Positions 1 to 12,700 of a stretch of 64,000 bases of DNA are shown here, piece by piece (within the stretch, counting starts at the first letter, position 1; each line of letters starts with the position of its first letter). The stretch comes from Isurus oxyrinchus. Its lineage: Eukaryota. The notes beneath the pieces were generated by a model. The model made no database searches. It saw only the letters and a program-made list of their open reading frames with translations, and was not told the origin of the DNA. The translations under genes and the position numbers were made by a program. Location of the stretch: contig JANJGN010000009.1 of NCBI GenBank assembly GCA_026770705.1, forward strand, positions 163,804,001-163,868,000. Direction: 5' to 3'.

Positions 1-432
1 CAAGGACACAAACCTACCCCGCACCCCACCCACCTCAGATCAGAGCAGGGAACTGTCGGCTCCTGTGACCCCCTCCACACTGCTCCCCAGCCGACTGCAA
101 ATCAGGCCTGTCAATCAGACTGGTTTCTGGCTGTGGAACCTCCTGATGATGTCAAATGCAGTCTAGGGTGAAACCCCAAAATATGAGGCAGAACCCCAAT
201 TTCCAGGTTCCCTCACTCTACCAGCCCCTGCCAATATGTCAAGAAAATGTCCCAATTATCTCACGAGTATATCATTGTCTGAGACGTGCTTTGGAACAGA
301 GTGAGGCTCTGATAAGTGTCTATATGAATGATTACTCTCATCACAAACTTGATGGAATTTAACTCATTAAAATGCATCTGTTTGAATTAAACAGTTATTT
401 CCTGTTCAATTCCTGAAATGTTGTCTCCTCAG

Positions 433-747
433 TTTTAGGTGCATTGTGGGCAAAAGAGAGAGTAACAGGAGTTGTGGGAAGAGCGATCACAATAGAATGT
501 CACTATGATGCGTGGAGGTACAAGTCACATATAAAATATTGGTGTCGCGGCTGGACTCGCCAGTGTAATGTTGTAGCATCGACAAATTGGCCAAATGGAA
601 GAATATCGATCACAGATAACAAGTCACAAGGATTATTTATTGTTACTATGGAGAATCTTCACTCAGGAGATACAGGATGGTACAGCTGTGGTATTGAAGC
701 AACTGGCCACGATCCAATGTTTAATGTAAAGCTACAAATATCTTACG
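433..747 (+). CDS. Gene A V-set Ig exon (CD300/pIgR-type)
   Basis: Acceptor ctcag|TT and donor G|gtacat. Translation GALWAKERVTGVVGRAITIECHY...KYWCRGWTRQC...DTGWYSC has the B/F Cys pair, the C-strand Trp and the extra C-C' Cys pair typical of CD300/pIgR/TREM V domains. Confidence 0.93.
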
Positions 748-3700
748 GTACATTTCTTACTGTTTTTCTTTATTACTCTCGACTGAAATGTCTGCTCAAT
801 GTTTTATCTGGGAGGAAACATGACAGCTCCGACATCCCGAGGCTCCACAGCAATGCAGAGTCTTAAAGGTAAAGGGCAGAGGTCGGGAAATCCAACTCAT
901 GTTACCCAAACCCAATTCATGGCCTGTCCAACATGTCAGAGTTGAACTTTACAAGTGAACTAAACGGAAATTGAGAAGTTGTTTTGATGGTAAAAGAAGC
1001 CTCTTTATTAATTGTTGAGACATTGGGCTGGATATTCAGCCTCAAAGCGGGTAGGGGGAATTCGGAAAATTCCCCGCTCGGCCTTGGAAGAAAGTGCCCA
1101 CAAAGGTGGGATTCCCATTGCTGGGAGCTGTGCCCGGGCTGCAGTCTGGCCAGCCACACCAGGAAGAAATGCAGAGGCAGCCACAGGGGCTGCCGGCTGC
1201 GGAGACGGGCTGTTTAAAAGGCCCCTCCTTAATGCCCTTGGACTTTGTAACAGCTAAACTCAAAACACAAAGGCCCTTCACCCCTCACCCCTCACAGCCC
1301 ACAAAGGGGGTGGATGTGAGGGGAAAATTTGTCATGAGGGGGCTTGGAGGTGGGTGGAAGTGTACAGCTTGAAGTCAGGAGCATGAGGGGGTATAAGGCG
1401 TGGGTATAGGGATAGAGGGGGAACGAAGGGCCAAGCGGGTTGGATGGGGGTGTGACTTGACATAGCGGGCATGAGATGCACCTTTTGAACTTAGCTGTTA
1501 AAAGATCCCCTCATGCAGACCAGTGTTTACAGCTCCTCTGAGGGGCTTTGGATTACGACTCATTCAAAACCTGGCCCGAGTCCATGAAAATTGCAGAGGA
1601 GTCGGACGTCACTTTGGTCTGAAGGCTGCACAAAGCACAGGGTAGAGGCCCTGGACTGAGACACCAGCCTTTATCTTGTACAGAAAGTGTTCACATGTGA
1701 GTGACATGAACATTGCTCATCAAAACAAGGAGCGATAGGCAGGGAGACATTCTTTGGAGTTTATTGACAATAATGAACAGTATGTACAAGTGATTAACAC
1801 CCGTGCCCAGGACATGAAACTACATCTCCTCAACCAGGCGGTGTCTGGCGGCACCGTCGAGACGTTCCGTGCTCGGTGGGTGACCACGGGTGTTGGGGTC
1901 CTTTATCCAGCCTCTTAATCACATTTTGGTTTGATGTTGTAAGTTTCCTTTAAATCATGTCTTTGGTTTTGCAGTGACCCTAACCTAGGGGCTGCGTTTT
2001 ATATTATCCCTCATTTTGTTAATTTAGTTTATTGGGTTGGCTTTAAAAGAGCTACATCTTCTCAACTTTCCTAATCCTCCCGCTACATCTTGGTGCTCCG
2101 CAGACATCCACAGTGGAGGTAAAGACAGTCTGCTGACTGCTATGCTCTGTCTGTGATAACTTTGGCGGGCGTCCTCTGGAGGCCTGAGGCCTGGAGGGCC
2201 CCGGCTTCCTTTCGAGGTCCTACTGTGTGGCATTAGCACCCTCCATGTCCTGTGGACTGGGAGCTGTCAAGGTCACAGTAAGAGGGGAGTTACCAGGATG
2301 AATGGCCCCGGAGGGTACAAATGTTGATCCTTCTCGCTATGGGTACCCAATGGCCATTGGCTGAATCCTTGAGGAGCAGGGGTAGCTGGAGTGAGATCAA
2401 GCTGCCTGCACCCCTCTCGCATATACACTGTCAGGGGCCAACTATGCATCAGCAATGGAGTTCAGCCCCGCAGCAGTGTAGGAACGATGCCCTGGACCAA
2501 CGTCTCCATGGCAGCTGCCATCCTACCAGTGTTGACCTCGGTGCATTGACATGCCGGCGCTATCACCTCAGAGTGCAGGCGGACGGACTCCTCCATTGTG
2601 CCTTGCAATCTGAGGGGTGCAGCAGATATCCCTTCCTGATGTTCCCGCGTTGGCCTTTCCAGCTCCAGCAACTGTGACATGACCAAATCCAGAAACGCGT
2701 CACCTGACTCAACCTCAGCAAATTTATGGCCTCCAGCTGCCCACTGAGTGCCGGACACCTGGGAAGCCCCTGCCGCTGCCAGCTGTGGATCAGGCAGTGC
2801 GATTTGCTCACCAGCTGTGACCCTGAGTCTACTCTAAAGCTAGATCTCACCGAGGGGTGTGCCTCTGCGCTGGTGGAGGGTGAGGGTGAGGGCAGTGACG
2901 GTACATCAAGGAGGGTCCCTCCAGGTTCCTCTTCAGAGATTTCTTTGGGGATTACTTGGTGTCCCTGGGTCTCCATCGGCTGTTACCCAGATGTGCGTGT
3001 GGAAGCAAGTGGAAATATTTTGTGCATGGCAGTGGCCTGTGAAACAGGACACATCACTCACAGCATGGTTGTCTGATGGATGTTGCACTGCTGGACCCTC
3101 ACTTGGCTGAGGACCGCCGACCTCACCATTAGCACAGGATTGGTCCAGGCCGTTGCCGGCCAGCTGGATGGCCCTGTTTACAAAATACTAGTACTGTTCA
3201 GGAACATGATGTTCATATTTTCATACATGTCGCTGAATTTGTCAGTCACATTTACGCCTCTATTATCAACCAAAGAGCGGGATTGTCCCCGATTTGCACT
3301 AAGTGCGTTAGTGGGCGGGGGAATCGATGTTTTACCCACCGGCCACAATGGGGGGTTTTCAGGCCGCATCGTCCCAAACCCAACGCATTAGTTATGCATT
3401 CCCGGGAAACACACCATTTCCATGGTGGGTGGGATCTCATTCACCCCAAACACCATCACTTCACTGCTTCATCAGGCCCAGCACCATATGTAAAGTCCAG
3501 CCTCGTGCACACATCTCAGTGTTTCCAACCCAGGACCACTGCAGGGCAGATATCCCCAAGAGGCAAAAAGACTGTAGCTCCCAGGTTTAGTGAGCTGTCA
3601 CTGTAACACATTGTGTACACTGTGGGGGCCCTGCTGTGATGTCCTCTACTCCCACTCTGGCTGCAGTATGGACAGCGCTGTGACCAACCAGGCCTGGGAG

Positions 3701-6700
3701 GCGGGGGCAGCGGTGGTATACCCACTGAATTTTATTAAGTTAACCCTCACTGTCAGATAATGTAGACAGTATGAAAGTGTGGATGAGAAACACTTAGAAA
3801 CTGTCCTTGCTGGATGGAAACAAATGCTGGAGAGAATGGAAATTTCAAAATGAAATGAGTGGATGCCTGATTGTTTTAGAGAATGAAATGCAGGTACAAC
3901 GAATTTTTTAGGGATCTGAGGAGAGGGCTATCTTGCAATATGATGAAGTATAGAATATTGAGATTTTTAATTCAATTTGTTTCACACTTTTTGGTCACCA
4001 TATTAACTGAAAATTTTACTTAATTGAGAGATGGTCATCATCTAATCGTTTACTAATTGTGTTTAATTGTATGCAGTGGTGGCATTAATTGGTGATTCAC
4101 TTGTGCACCTATAAACAGATGCAGACTGAAACTGCGGGTGGTGGATTTGATTAGATTCACACAGTAAACAGCACTTTAAAACAGTTCCACAAGTCTTAAC
4201 CTATCTAACCTCAGAGCTAATCTGTCTCTTTTCTGTTCAGCAACGAACACTGTAGATTTAAAAAGCTATAGAAGTCCAATAATTTTACCACACAGTGCTT
4301 TTACATTGGGGTGTCCACTGACAGCAACTGGGTCTTCAGATCTGGGCCTTGTTCACACTGTCTCCTGGGAGTTCTGACCAGCTACCCTGCTGTCTTCAGG
4401 GAGATCTGGCCAACCATCCTGCTGTGTTCTGGGATATCTAAGCAGCTACGCCCTCACATAGGCTTCAGTATTCCCTTAAATGTGTTTCTTCTCTTTCATC
4501 TCTCTTTGTCGTACCCAGTCTGTTCAGAAATGCTTTTTTCCCAGGATTGATTAAATCAATCTTTACTTTAATTCTTAGACTTGTAAAAACAAACTTACCC
4601 TATCTTTATGTCACTTCATGACACCTTTTTACAACCTGCATATATCCCCCTTTGAACTAAAACAACTCAGTTCAAACTATTCCTGTTATTGCTTCATGTA
4701 CAAATCTGTTGAAGTTCTTTTTTGTTTATTAACATATCAAAACCACATCTTATTGTTGACTTTTGACCCTATCCACTGATGAGGCAGTCCACGTCATGGA
4801 ACCATAACCTTAAATCTGGAGATAGGCTCGTCAGGGATGTCAGGAATCACTTCTTCACGCAAAGTATAGTGGAAATCAGGAACACTCTCCTCAAAAAAGC
4901 TCTTTAGCTCAATTGAAAATTTCAAAACTGAATGACAGATTTTATCTGGTAGCAATATTCGGGTTATGGGACCCCGGTAGGTAAATGGACAGAAGATACT
5001 GGTCAGTTGGGATTTAATTGAATTGTGGAACAGGCTGAAGGGGCTGCATGTCCGAATCCCTTTTCCATGTTCTGGAGCCCCAGTTAATTTTTCAGTGGTC
5101 TGGGCCTTGTGAGTAACAATGTGCTGTGAAACAAGCTCACAAACAGTTAGCATTTCAAAGAGACACTTTCCAATCACCAGGCAAACTGTGACCTGTGTTG
5201 TTTCAGAGTACAGTTTGTGACAGTGAAAGCAGTGAAGGCCTGCCAAACCTCACTAAAAATATTGGTGAAAGTGTCACTTTTCTCTGGCTAATCCCTTGAC
5301 CAAAGAGGGAATTTTAATTCCCCTCCCCCATCCTGCATCGTGTTGAGGCATGATGGGATTTGCTGGATCCAGAACCTTCTCCAGCACGGCTTGTGATCCA
5401 GGAGACACACGAAAGCTTCACCCCCACCCCCAGGCAAATGTTTTATACAATTTCTCCCTCCCCATGATTGGCCAATCCTGCCCCAAGCAGCAAAGTCACC
5501 CTGACTCCCTCCTCGCTGCTGTGCTCCGAGGCAACATTCCCACCAATTTCCAAACTTTTACCGTAACTTTCCTACTTGGAAACCAGCCAAACTTTCAATC
5601 AGTGTGCAAGAATTCTGGTGAGATTTTGCTGTTAAATTCGGCACAAACTCAACATTCCTGGTATTTCCAGCTTTCTCACCACCCCACACACAGTCCCCCC
5701 TCTCGTCTCCACGTACCAGGGTTGAAGTGTTCTATCGCAGCATGCAGAGAACCAGAGCCAATCACATTTACATTCTTATCCAAAGCTACAAAACATGTAA
5801 CCGATATCTGACAACATTTTGCCCTCATTTTACCCTTTGCTTTTCTAAGATTCTCTCCAACTAATTCACATTCAACTCACAAACAATGAAACAGCATTGG
5901 AGGCTCACTACCAGCTACGAAGAGATATTGTTCACAATGATTTTCATGTTAACATACTCTCAGTATCATAGCTGCTGTTCTGATCTGGAGACCTGATTTG
6001 TTCTGATATAATGGCTGAAAGGGTAACTCAGGCCTCTAAGAGGATGGAGAGATATGGGGATGGATTTTTAAAAAGTATGGGGTCAGGATTAGAGATGGGT
6101 GGGTATGAAATTTGACACCGCTGGTCTCCATGCCAATTTACCATTACAATCTCAAGCCCGAAACATTTAGAAAGCGGGTGGCTTGCAGTCAAGTGGTGGG
6201 CAGCTAACTTAGGAAATAACATTTACCAAAGGGGCCAATTAAAGACCCATTCCTGCACCCACTGGGATTTCATTCAGCAATGCTAGCAGACCACATTGCC
6301 CCTTCAGGATCATGGCCCGGCAGCTGCCGGGTTTTGAAACATAAAATAAACTTACCTGGACTTTCCCCTTGCTGTCTCCATGCTCAGGTCAGCAACTCCC
6401 ACCTCACCTGGTGAGGCCCTCTAGCATCAGGAATGCGCCCACTGTCCCTGATTGGATGGTGAGCCCAGTTCCAGGCTTTTGATTGGCTGGAACATTGAAA
6501 ATTGCAGTGGGCATGCCTAAAGAATGGTGAATGGTGTCAGGACCTGAAACTATCTCCCATGTCCAGTTCCCAAACCCAAATTTAACATCCACCCCATAGA
6601 GTGGTAGATGTGTTGGTGAGATTCCAACATGGCAGAGCCTGGCTGAGATGAAGTGCAAAGTTTGAAGACTATTTGATTATTAAATGTTCAGTATCTGAAT

Positions 6701-9700
6701 GTTTCTTTCTTTCCAACAGAACCCGTGTCTGTTCCTGTGCTTAGATTTTCATCACCAGCAAATGTCTCATGTTCTGGGGGTTCAGTGTCCGTCTCCTGTG
6801 AGTCTGTCCAGGGATCTCTTCCCATTCCGTACACATGGTATGAAAAGAACCTGTCTGAAGATTCAAAGATCTCTGACACCAATAAACTGGATCTACATTG
6901 TCAATCCTTCAAACAGCAACATCATCAATATTACTGCACAGCCTCAAATAATCAGGGAGTAAAATCCAGTGATACTGTCACTGTTAACTTAACACTCATG
7001 AATGTAACAACGAAAAGCTGCAGTTATGTGATACAAATTGGAAACATTGGTAAGTGTTACTTTCTACAAACAATGTGGCGAATGAATGTTTTAAATTCAT
7101 GTCTATCCAAACTGGTCACTGGTTCAGTTCCTTCAGTTTATCTGAGAAATTGCAACTGGCCAAATTCACTCTCTCTGGTTCCTCAAACATTCTGAACAAG
7201 GTCACTAAGTTGCATTTTTCATGAAAAATGGACAGGATCAGAAAATATCCCCAAAACATGCAAAAATATTGCAGAATCTCCAATAAACCCATCGAATCAA
7301 AATAGCATTTGATTGACAGAGCTTTCATAAAGCAATTTGTCTATTTCCAGCAGATGGAATTGTGAAATGCAACCTCCAACTGTTGTGTCCTAGTTTGGGA
7401 AGGATATCACTGATAGAATAGAGAAGAATTGAATTAAAATGAACCCTTGGATGAGAGGTTTTAGTCATGAGGAAAGTATCATCACAACTGAGGTGAATGA
7501 CCAGCTGGAGGACGTGGAAATTGTTAGAAATTTGGATAAGGTAACTCTAACTATTTCCACTAGTCAGTGAGTCAGCAACAAGAGAGCATTAACTTTAAAA
7601 TTATCACTAAAAGGACAAAGGGAGAAATTTGGAGAATTTTATTGATGCAAACTGTTTTTAGGACATGGAATGCCCAACTGAAATAAGTTTACAAACAAAT
7701 TTAATAATAGATTTTAAAAGGGAAACAAATGTATGAGGGTGTGGGAAAAGGACAATGAAATGGAATTAAATGAGGAGATCATTCAGAGAACCAGCATTCG
7801 AGTGATGGGCTGAATTCCCTCCCCTGTGTTGTAAAAATTCCATCACTCCAGACAAAATCTCAACTTATCCTGTCTAAAAAATTAACTATTCCCTCCCCAT
7901 AAAACAATGACCCTGGTTCTGAAACAAGGAGGACTTTAGCCTATTTGAATGTCGCGGTTCAATTTTCTGCAGAGTGGGTGCAGCATGTTCACCGAGAAAC
8001 ACCAACATGGGCACAAAACAAAGAGAATCACATTTTCACCTGAGCAGCAGGAGACAGGAATTTACATATGCAAATATATTGCCTCTGGTCATGTGGTCTC
8101 TTGCCTCAGTTGTCAGGGAAGAAGGGTGGAATTTTACACCCCCATTGCGGCAGGGACTGGGCTGTAAAATGCAGCCAGCCATTCTAAACTCCATGCACTC
8201 CAGCAGGACCATAAAATCCCACTGTCACAAGGCTCTGAGCAAAGGCTGTCAGCAGCAGGTAGAAATTACACCTGTAAACTGTGTTTGTACTGGAGTTGTC
8301 AGCAGGGACTCAGTTGCACTCTGACATTTGATGCCAGTCTTTTGTAGTTACAAGTTCCCCTTAAGAGTTAAAATTCGGGCTGATACCATGATCCAGCACT
8401 GAGGTAGTGCTATACTGGTGGTGGTGCTGCTGTGTAGATGTGGTGTTAAACTGAGGATCCACATCCCCCTTAGGTAGATGTAAACAATTCCAGGGTATTA
8501 TTCACAGAATAGGGAAGTTCTCCTGGTGTCCTTGAAGCCTTTATTCCTCAACCAATACACACAAATTGGGAGCAGGAGCAGGCTATTTGGTCTTTTGAGC
8601 CTGTTAATGTCACTATAAAACAGATCATCTAGTGAATGTTTTACTGATGTTTGTGGGGCTTTACTGTGTACGAATTAACTTCCACGTTTCTTGATATTAA
8701 AACTGTGGCTTTACTTCAAAAAAGTACTTCATAGGCTCTGAAGCACTTTGGGATATCCCAAGGTTGTGAAAGGTGATGAATCAACACACATTGTTTCTTA
8801 CTTTTTGAAACAAACGATTTATTAAAATACATCTGAACCAATTATCTGAGTGCAAACGGCAGGGGGGAGGGGAGGGAGGAGCCAGTCCCAGCAGCAAGGT
8901 GGGTCATTATAATTAAATGGACAGAAAATCACTGGCAGGTTTGAGACATTCATGGTCTGTTGGTGAAGATTCTCATCTTTACTGCAAGCTCAGAAAACTG
9001 CCCCCAAAGGGCAGGAAGTGACCATTGCCTGTATTAGGATGTGACTGTTTAATGTGTTCACATGAAATTCATGTAATGAAAGTGTATCTCTGGATTGTAG
9101 TCCACCAACCTGAGCCCTTAACTGGCCCACTAGTAACTCTGTCCCACCAACTCTCAGAGATAGGAAAGAAAGTGGAATTACCAGTAAAGATAGATCACCA
9201 CCAAGTATCTGCGACCTCTCCACTTGTGACCAGAGAGGGGTAAATTACACAGAAATCAATTCTACCAGCCAGGCTTTTCCTCAATTAATGAGGTTCCATT
9301 TGACAATGATGCTCTTTCAGTTGACTACAAGTGAAAATGAGGTGAATCTGAATGTTATTCTTTTGCTTCAACAGGACCTGAGTATTTTTGTAACATTTCT
9401 ACAACAGTATCACCAACTACACATTCGACAAGTACAGATATAATTTCCACTACCATTCGAACCACACCTTCAGATCCCGAAAATGCTGAAAGGTACAATG
9501 TTCTCATGGATTGGCACTGCTTCCATATGTGAGAGATACGATTGGCCAAAGGAGTGAAAGTTGTTCATTAATTGTAAAGTAGCTCATCAGAATGGAAATG
9601 GTGGCTGGGTTTATATCATGCTGTTGTGTTAGCTTTTCAATGAGGGTGCATTTTTCTGTTGGAAAATACAAGCAAGGAGTGAGCTTTTCCATTGTGTTGC

Positions 9701-12700
9701 CGCTCAGATGGTGTTTTTTGCCTTATTCACCTTGATTACTTCACCACAAAGGTAATCTCACAGTGTGTGAGGAGTTGTACTTGTCAAACTTACCTTGCTG
9801 CTGTCTACACTGACAGAGTACTTGTATTTGGGCTGATGAAAAGGAAGAATTAGCGTGATATATCTGCACATCCTTTGGTTTCACTAATGAGAGACATCTT
9901 GCAGCTCTGGTCCCATTTCCATATTATAAACCTAAGCTGTTGACAATAAGTAGCAGAAATTGTAGTCTGATGTAAACACTCAGGAATCGGGTCTTTGAAG
10001 TTACAATGGTGATAAAGAGAAAACGCCAACTAAATGTCAAACAGAAAGAGGGACAGTTGGAAATGGACAGCAGGTATGTCCGCAGCTGTGGAGAAAATAA
10101 ACACGTTCATGGTTTGGGTGCAGACACTTCTTCAGAATTCTAGTCCACACACGAAGTGAGTCAGGTCCACTCACCCCACAGATCCCAACTGAGCTGCTGA
10201 AAGTTTCCAGAATCTTCTGTTTTCCATTCATATTTCTAGCACATGCAGTGCACTTACTTTTATCCAGATTATTGTCAATGATTTAAGAAGTATAGAAAGT
10301 ATCTGATTTTTATTTTAAGACAAATCTCTATGTCTGCTCTGTTGTATAAAGTTGACAACAAAGATCATCTGAATATGAAATCCATATATGTATGAAACAG
10401 TTATTACTTCCACTTTTTTCAGGGAACATCAGGTATTCTTGCATTTGGATTTTAATAATTAAAACTGACCCAGTATTAAACAGGGCTCAGTGGTAACACA
10501 CTCACCTTACATGTCAAAGGCTGTGGGTTCACTTCCGCTCCAGAGACCTCAGGACATTATCTTGGCTGACACTCCAGTGCACTACTGAGGGAGTGCTGTG
10601 CTGTTAGAGGTGCCACCTCTCAGATGTGATACACCCAAGGCCCATCTGCTTTCTCAGGTGGGTATAACAGATCCCATAGTGACATTCATAGGAGATCAGG
10701 GCAGCTCTTCCTCGAGACCTGGGCAACATCACTAAACAAAACAAATTATTTGTTCATCCAACTAATTGCTATTTGTGGGAGCATGCTGTGTGCAAATTGA
10801 ATGCTACATTTGCCAAATTACCACAGTTACACTGCATTAAAAATATTCATTGCTTGTAAAGTGCTTTGGGATGTCCTGAGGTCGTGAAAGCCACTTTATA
10901 AATATCTACCTTTAAATATTTCTTTAAACAAATGGCCAATAATCAATTGTGAACCAACACTGTCCCTTGTCTATTCTCTGTTTCACAGTCTGATTTACAT
11001 TGTGCTCGGAGTGCTGGGGGGCATTCTTGTGGTGTTTGCTGTTTCTCTACTTCTGTACCTGAGGCAAATCAACAAGGGTGAGTTTTTATTTCTCTTTAAT
11101 CATTTTATTATATGGCAATAATTTGCTGCAGAAGGATAGAATATACAGTTTGTTGGATCAATCAACAATCACCCATGACCCTAGTATTCTCATTCTGGTC
11201 TACACATATTGAACATGGGGCTGAATGTTTCTCTATTCGAGCGGGCGCACACCAGATCCAAACAAGAAGAAAATAGTGCGCGATGAGGTCAGACGAGCGT
11301 CTGGACATTATCGTACACTCTGGTGATATTTCTCTCTGCAGGCACGTGCGAGAGGCGGCAGCACGCCCGCTGACAATGAAGCAACCTATTAAGGCCCTTA
11401 ATCAATTAATAGAATTGAATTTTTTGCTGCCGGTCCAACTGTTCAGTTGGTTTGTGGTCGAATCGGCCAATCAGCCTTTGCACTTTTGGCGAAACCTCAT
11501 CAATGGGCGGGATGGGGTTTTGACCAGTGATTAAAGCAAAAACTTTGAGAACTCGTATTTAAATGGCCATGGTCATGTGACAAAGTCACATGAGGGGACA
11601 TGTTTTCATTAGTTTTCAATTCTTTATTTCAATTGTTCAAAATCTTCAGCTCCCTGAGGCAGCTCTGAGACTCAGGGAGCTTTCACTGTGAGCACGCGCA
11701 CACATGCACAAACTTGCACACTTGCCCTCCTCCCGCCCTCACGCCAGCAGTGCTGAGCGTTGCAGCACGTATTATGCACTGACTGGCCATTAATTGTCCA
11801 GCCTGTGTGAAATCGATGTTGGGGCCTGATCAGGGGCAGTGGTCGGCTTCACAAGCACTCCTGAGCCCACCTGCCATGCCCGCCCGACAAGGGCAAAATT
11901 CTGCCCATGGAATAATTAAGTTGAGTATTGCTGATAAAAAATACATTTGAACAGATGAACAAGGAGCAGGAGTAGGCCATTCAGCCCCTCGAGCCTGCTC
12001 CATTATTCAATAAGGTCATGACTGATCTGATGGTAACCTGAAATCTGCATCCCAGCTACCCCCCACATAACCTATCAACCCCTTGTTTACCAAGAATCTA
12101 TTCACCTTCCCCTTAAAAATATTCAAAGACTCTGCTTCCCCCACCTTTTCAGGAAGAGACTTCCAAAGACTCATGACCCTTGGCGTGAAAAAATTTTGCC
12201 TCATCTCCATTTTAAATGGGGGCGACCCCTTATTTTTAAATAATTACCCCTAGTTCTAGATTCTTCCACAAGAGGAAACATTCTCTCCACATCCAGCCCA
12301 TCAAGACCCCTCAGGATTTTATTCTGTTGAAGCAATCAGCACTCTCTTCTCATGCAGTATAAATTGTTGCTCCCTTTATTGTTGGTATTGTTGCAAACTG
12401 TCCTGATGAGAACAAGGCAAAAAGCTTTGACAGCGCGTCTCTTTGAATGAGAAAAATTGGGCCTCTGATTTCTCCCTGTGATGAATTGCTTGACCTTCCA
12501 TCAATGACACAACATAACAGGTACTTGTATTCAGGATAGAATTGATCAGTTTTTGAAATGTTCAATCCTAAACACACGGGAGTTAATTTTCTCTTTCACA
12601 TCACGGGTGTTAATCTGTCAGAGTGCTAAATAGAAATTAATGGAATGAAATTTGGGTGCATTCTCTAATAGACAATCTGTTCTGTCAGACAGAAAACGTC

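Larger units (their letters stand above)
1..10300 (+). repeat. Segmental duplication, cassette copy 1 (matches 35392-44685)
   Basis: Near-identical, collinear introns and exons. The offset is ~35390, dropping to 34385 after a 1004-bp indel. Confidence 0.95.

Noticed and set aside
444-866. 140-aa single-exon ORF (and 35836-36255) as a complete gene
   Set aside because: It starts at TTG inside an exon and runs past the donor at 747 into intron; it is the V exon of a spliced gene.
917-5811. Many 60-150 aa ORFs conserved between copies 1 and 2
   Set aside because: They are intronic TE-derived or random frames, conserved only because the duplication is recent.
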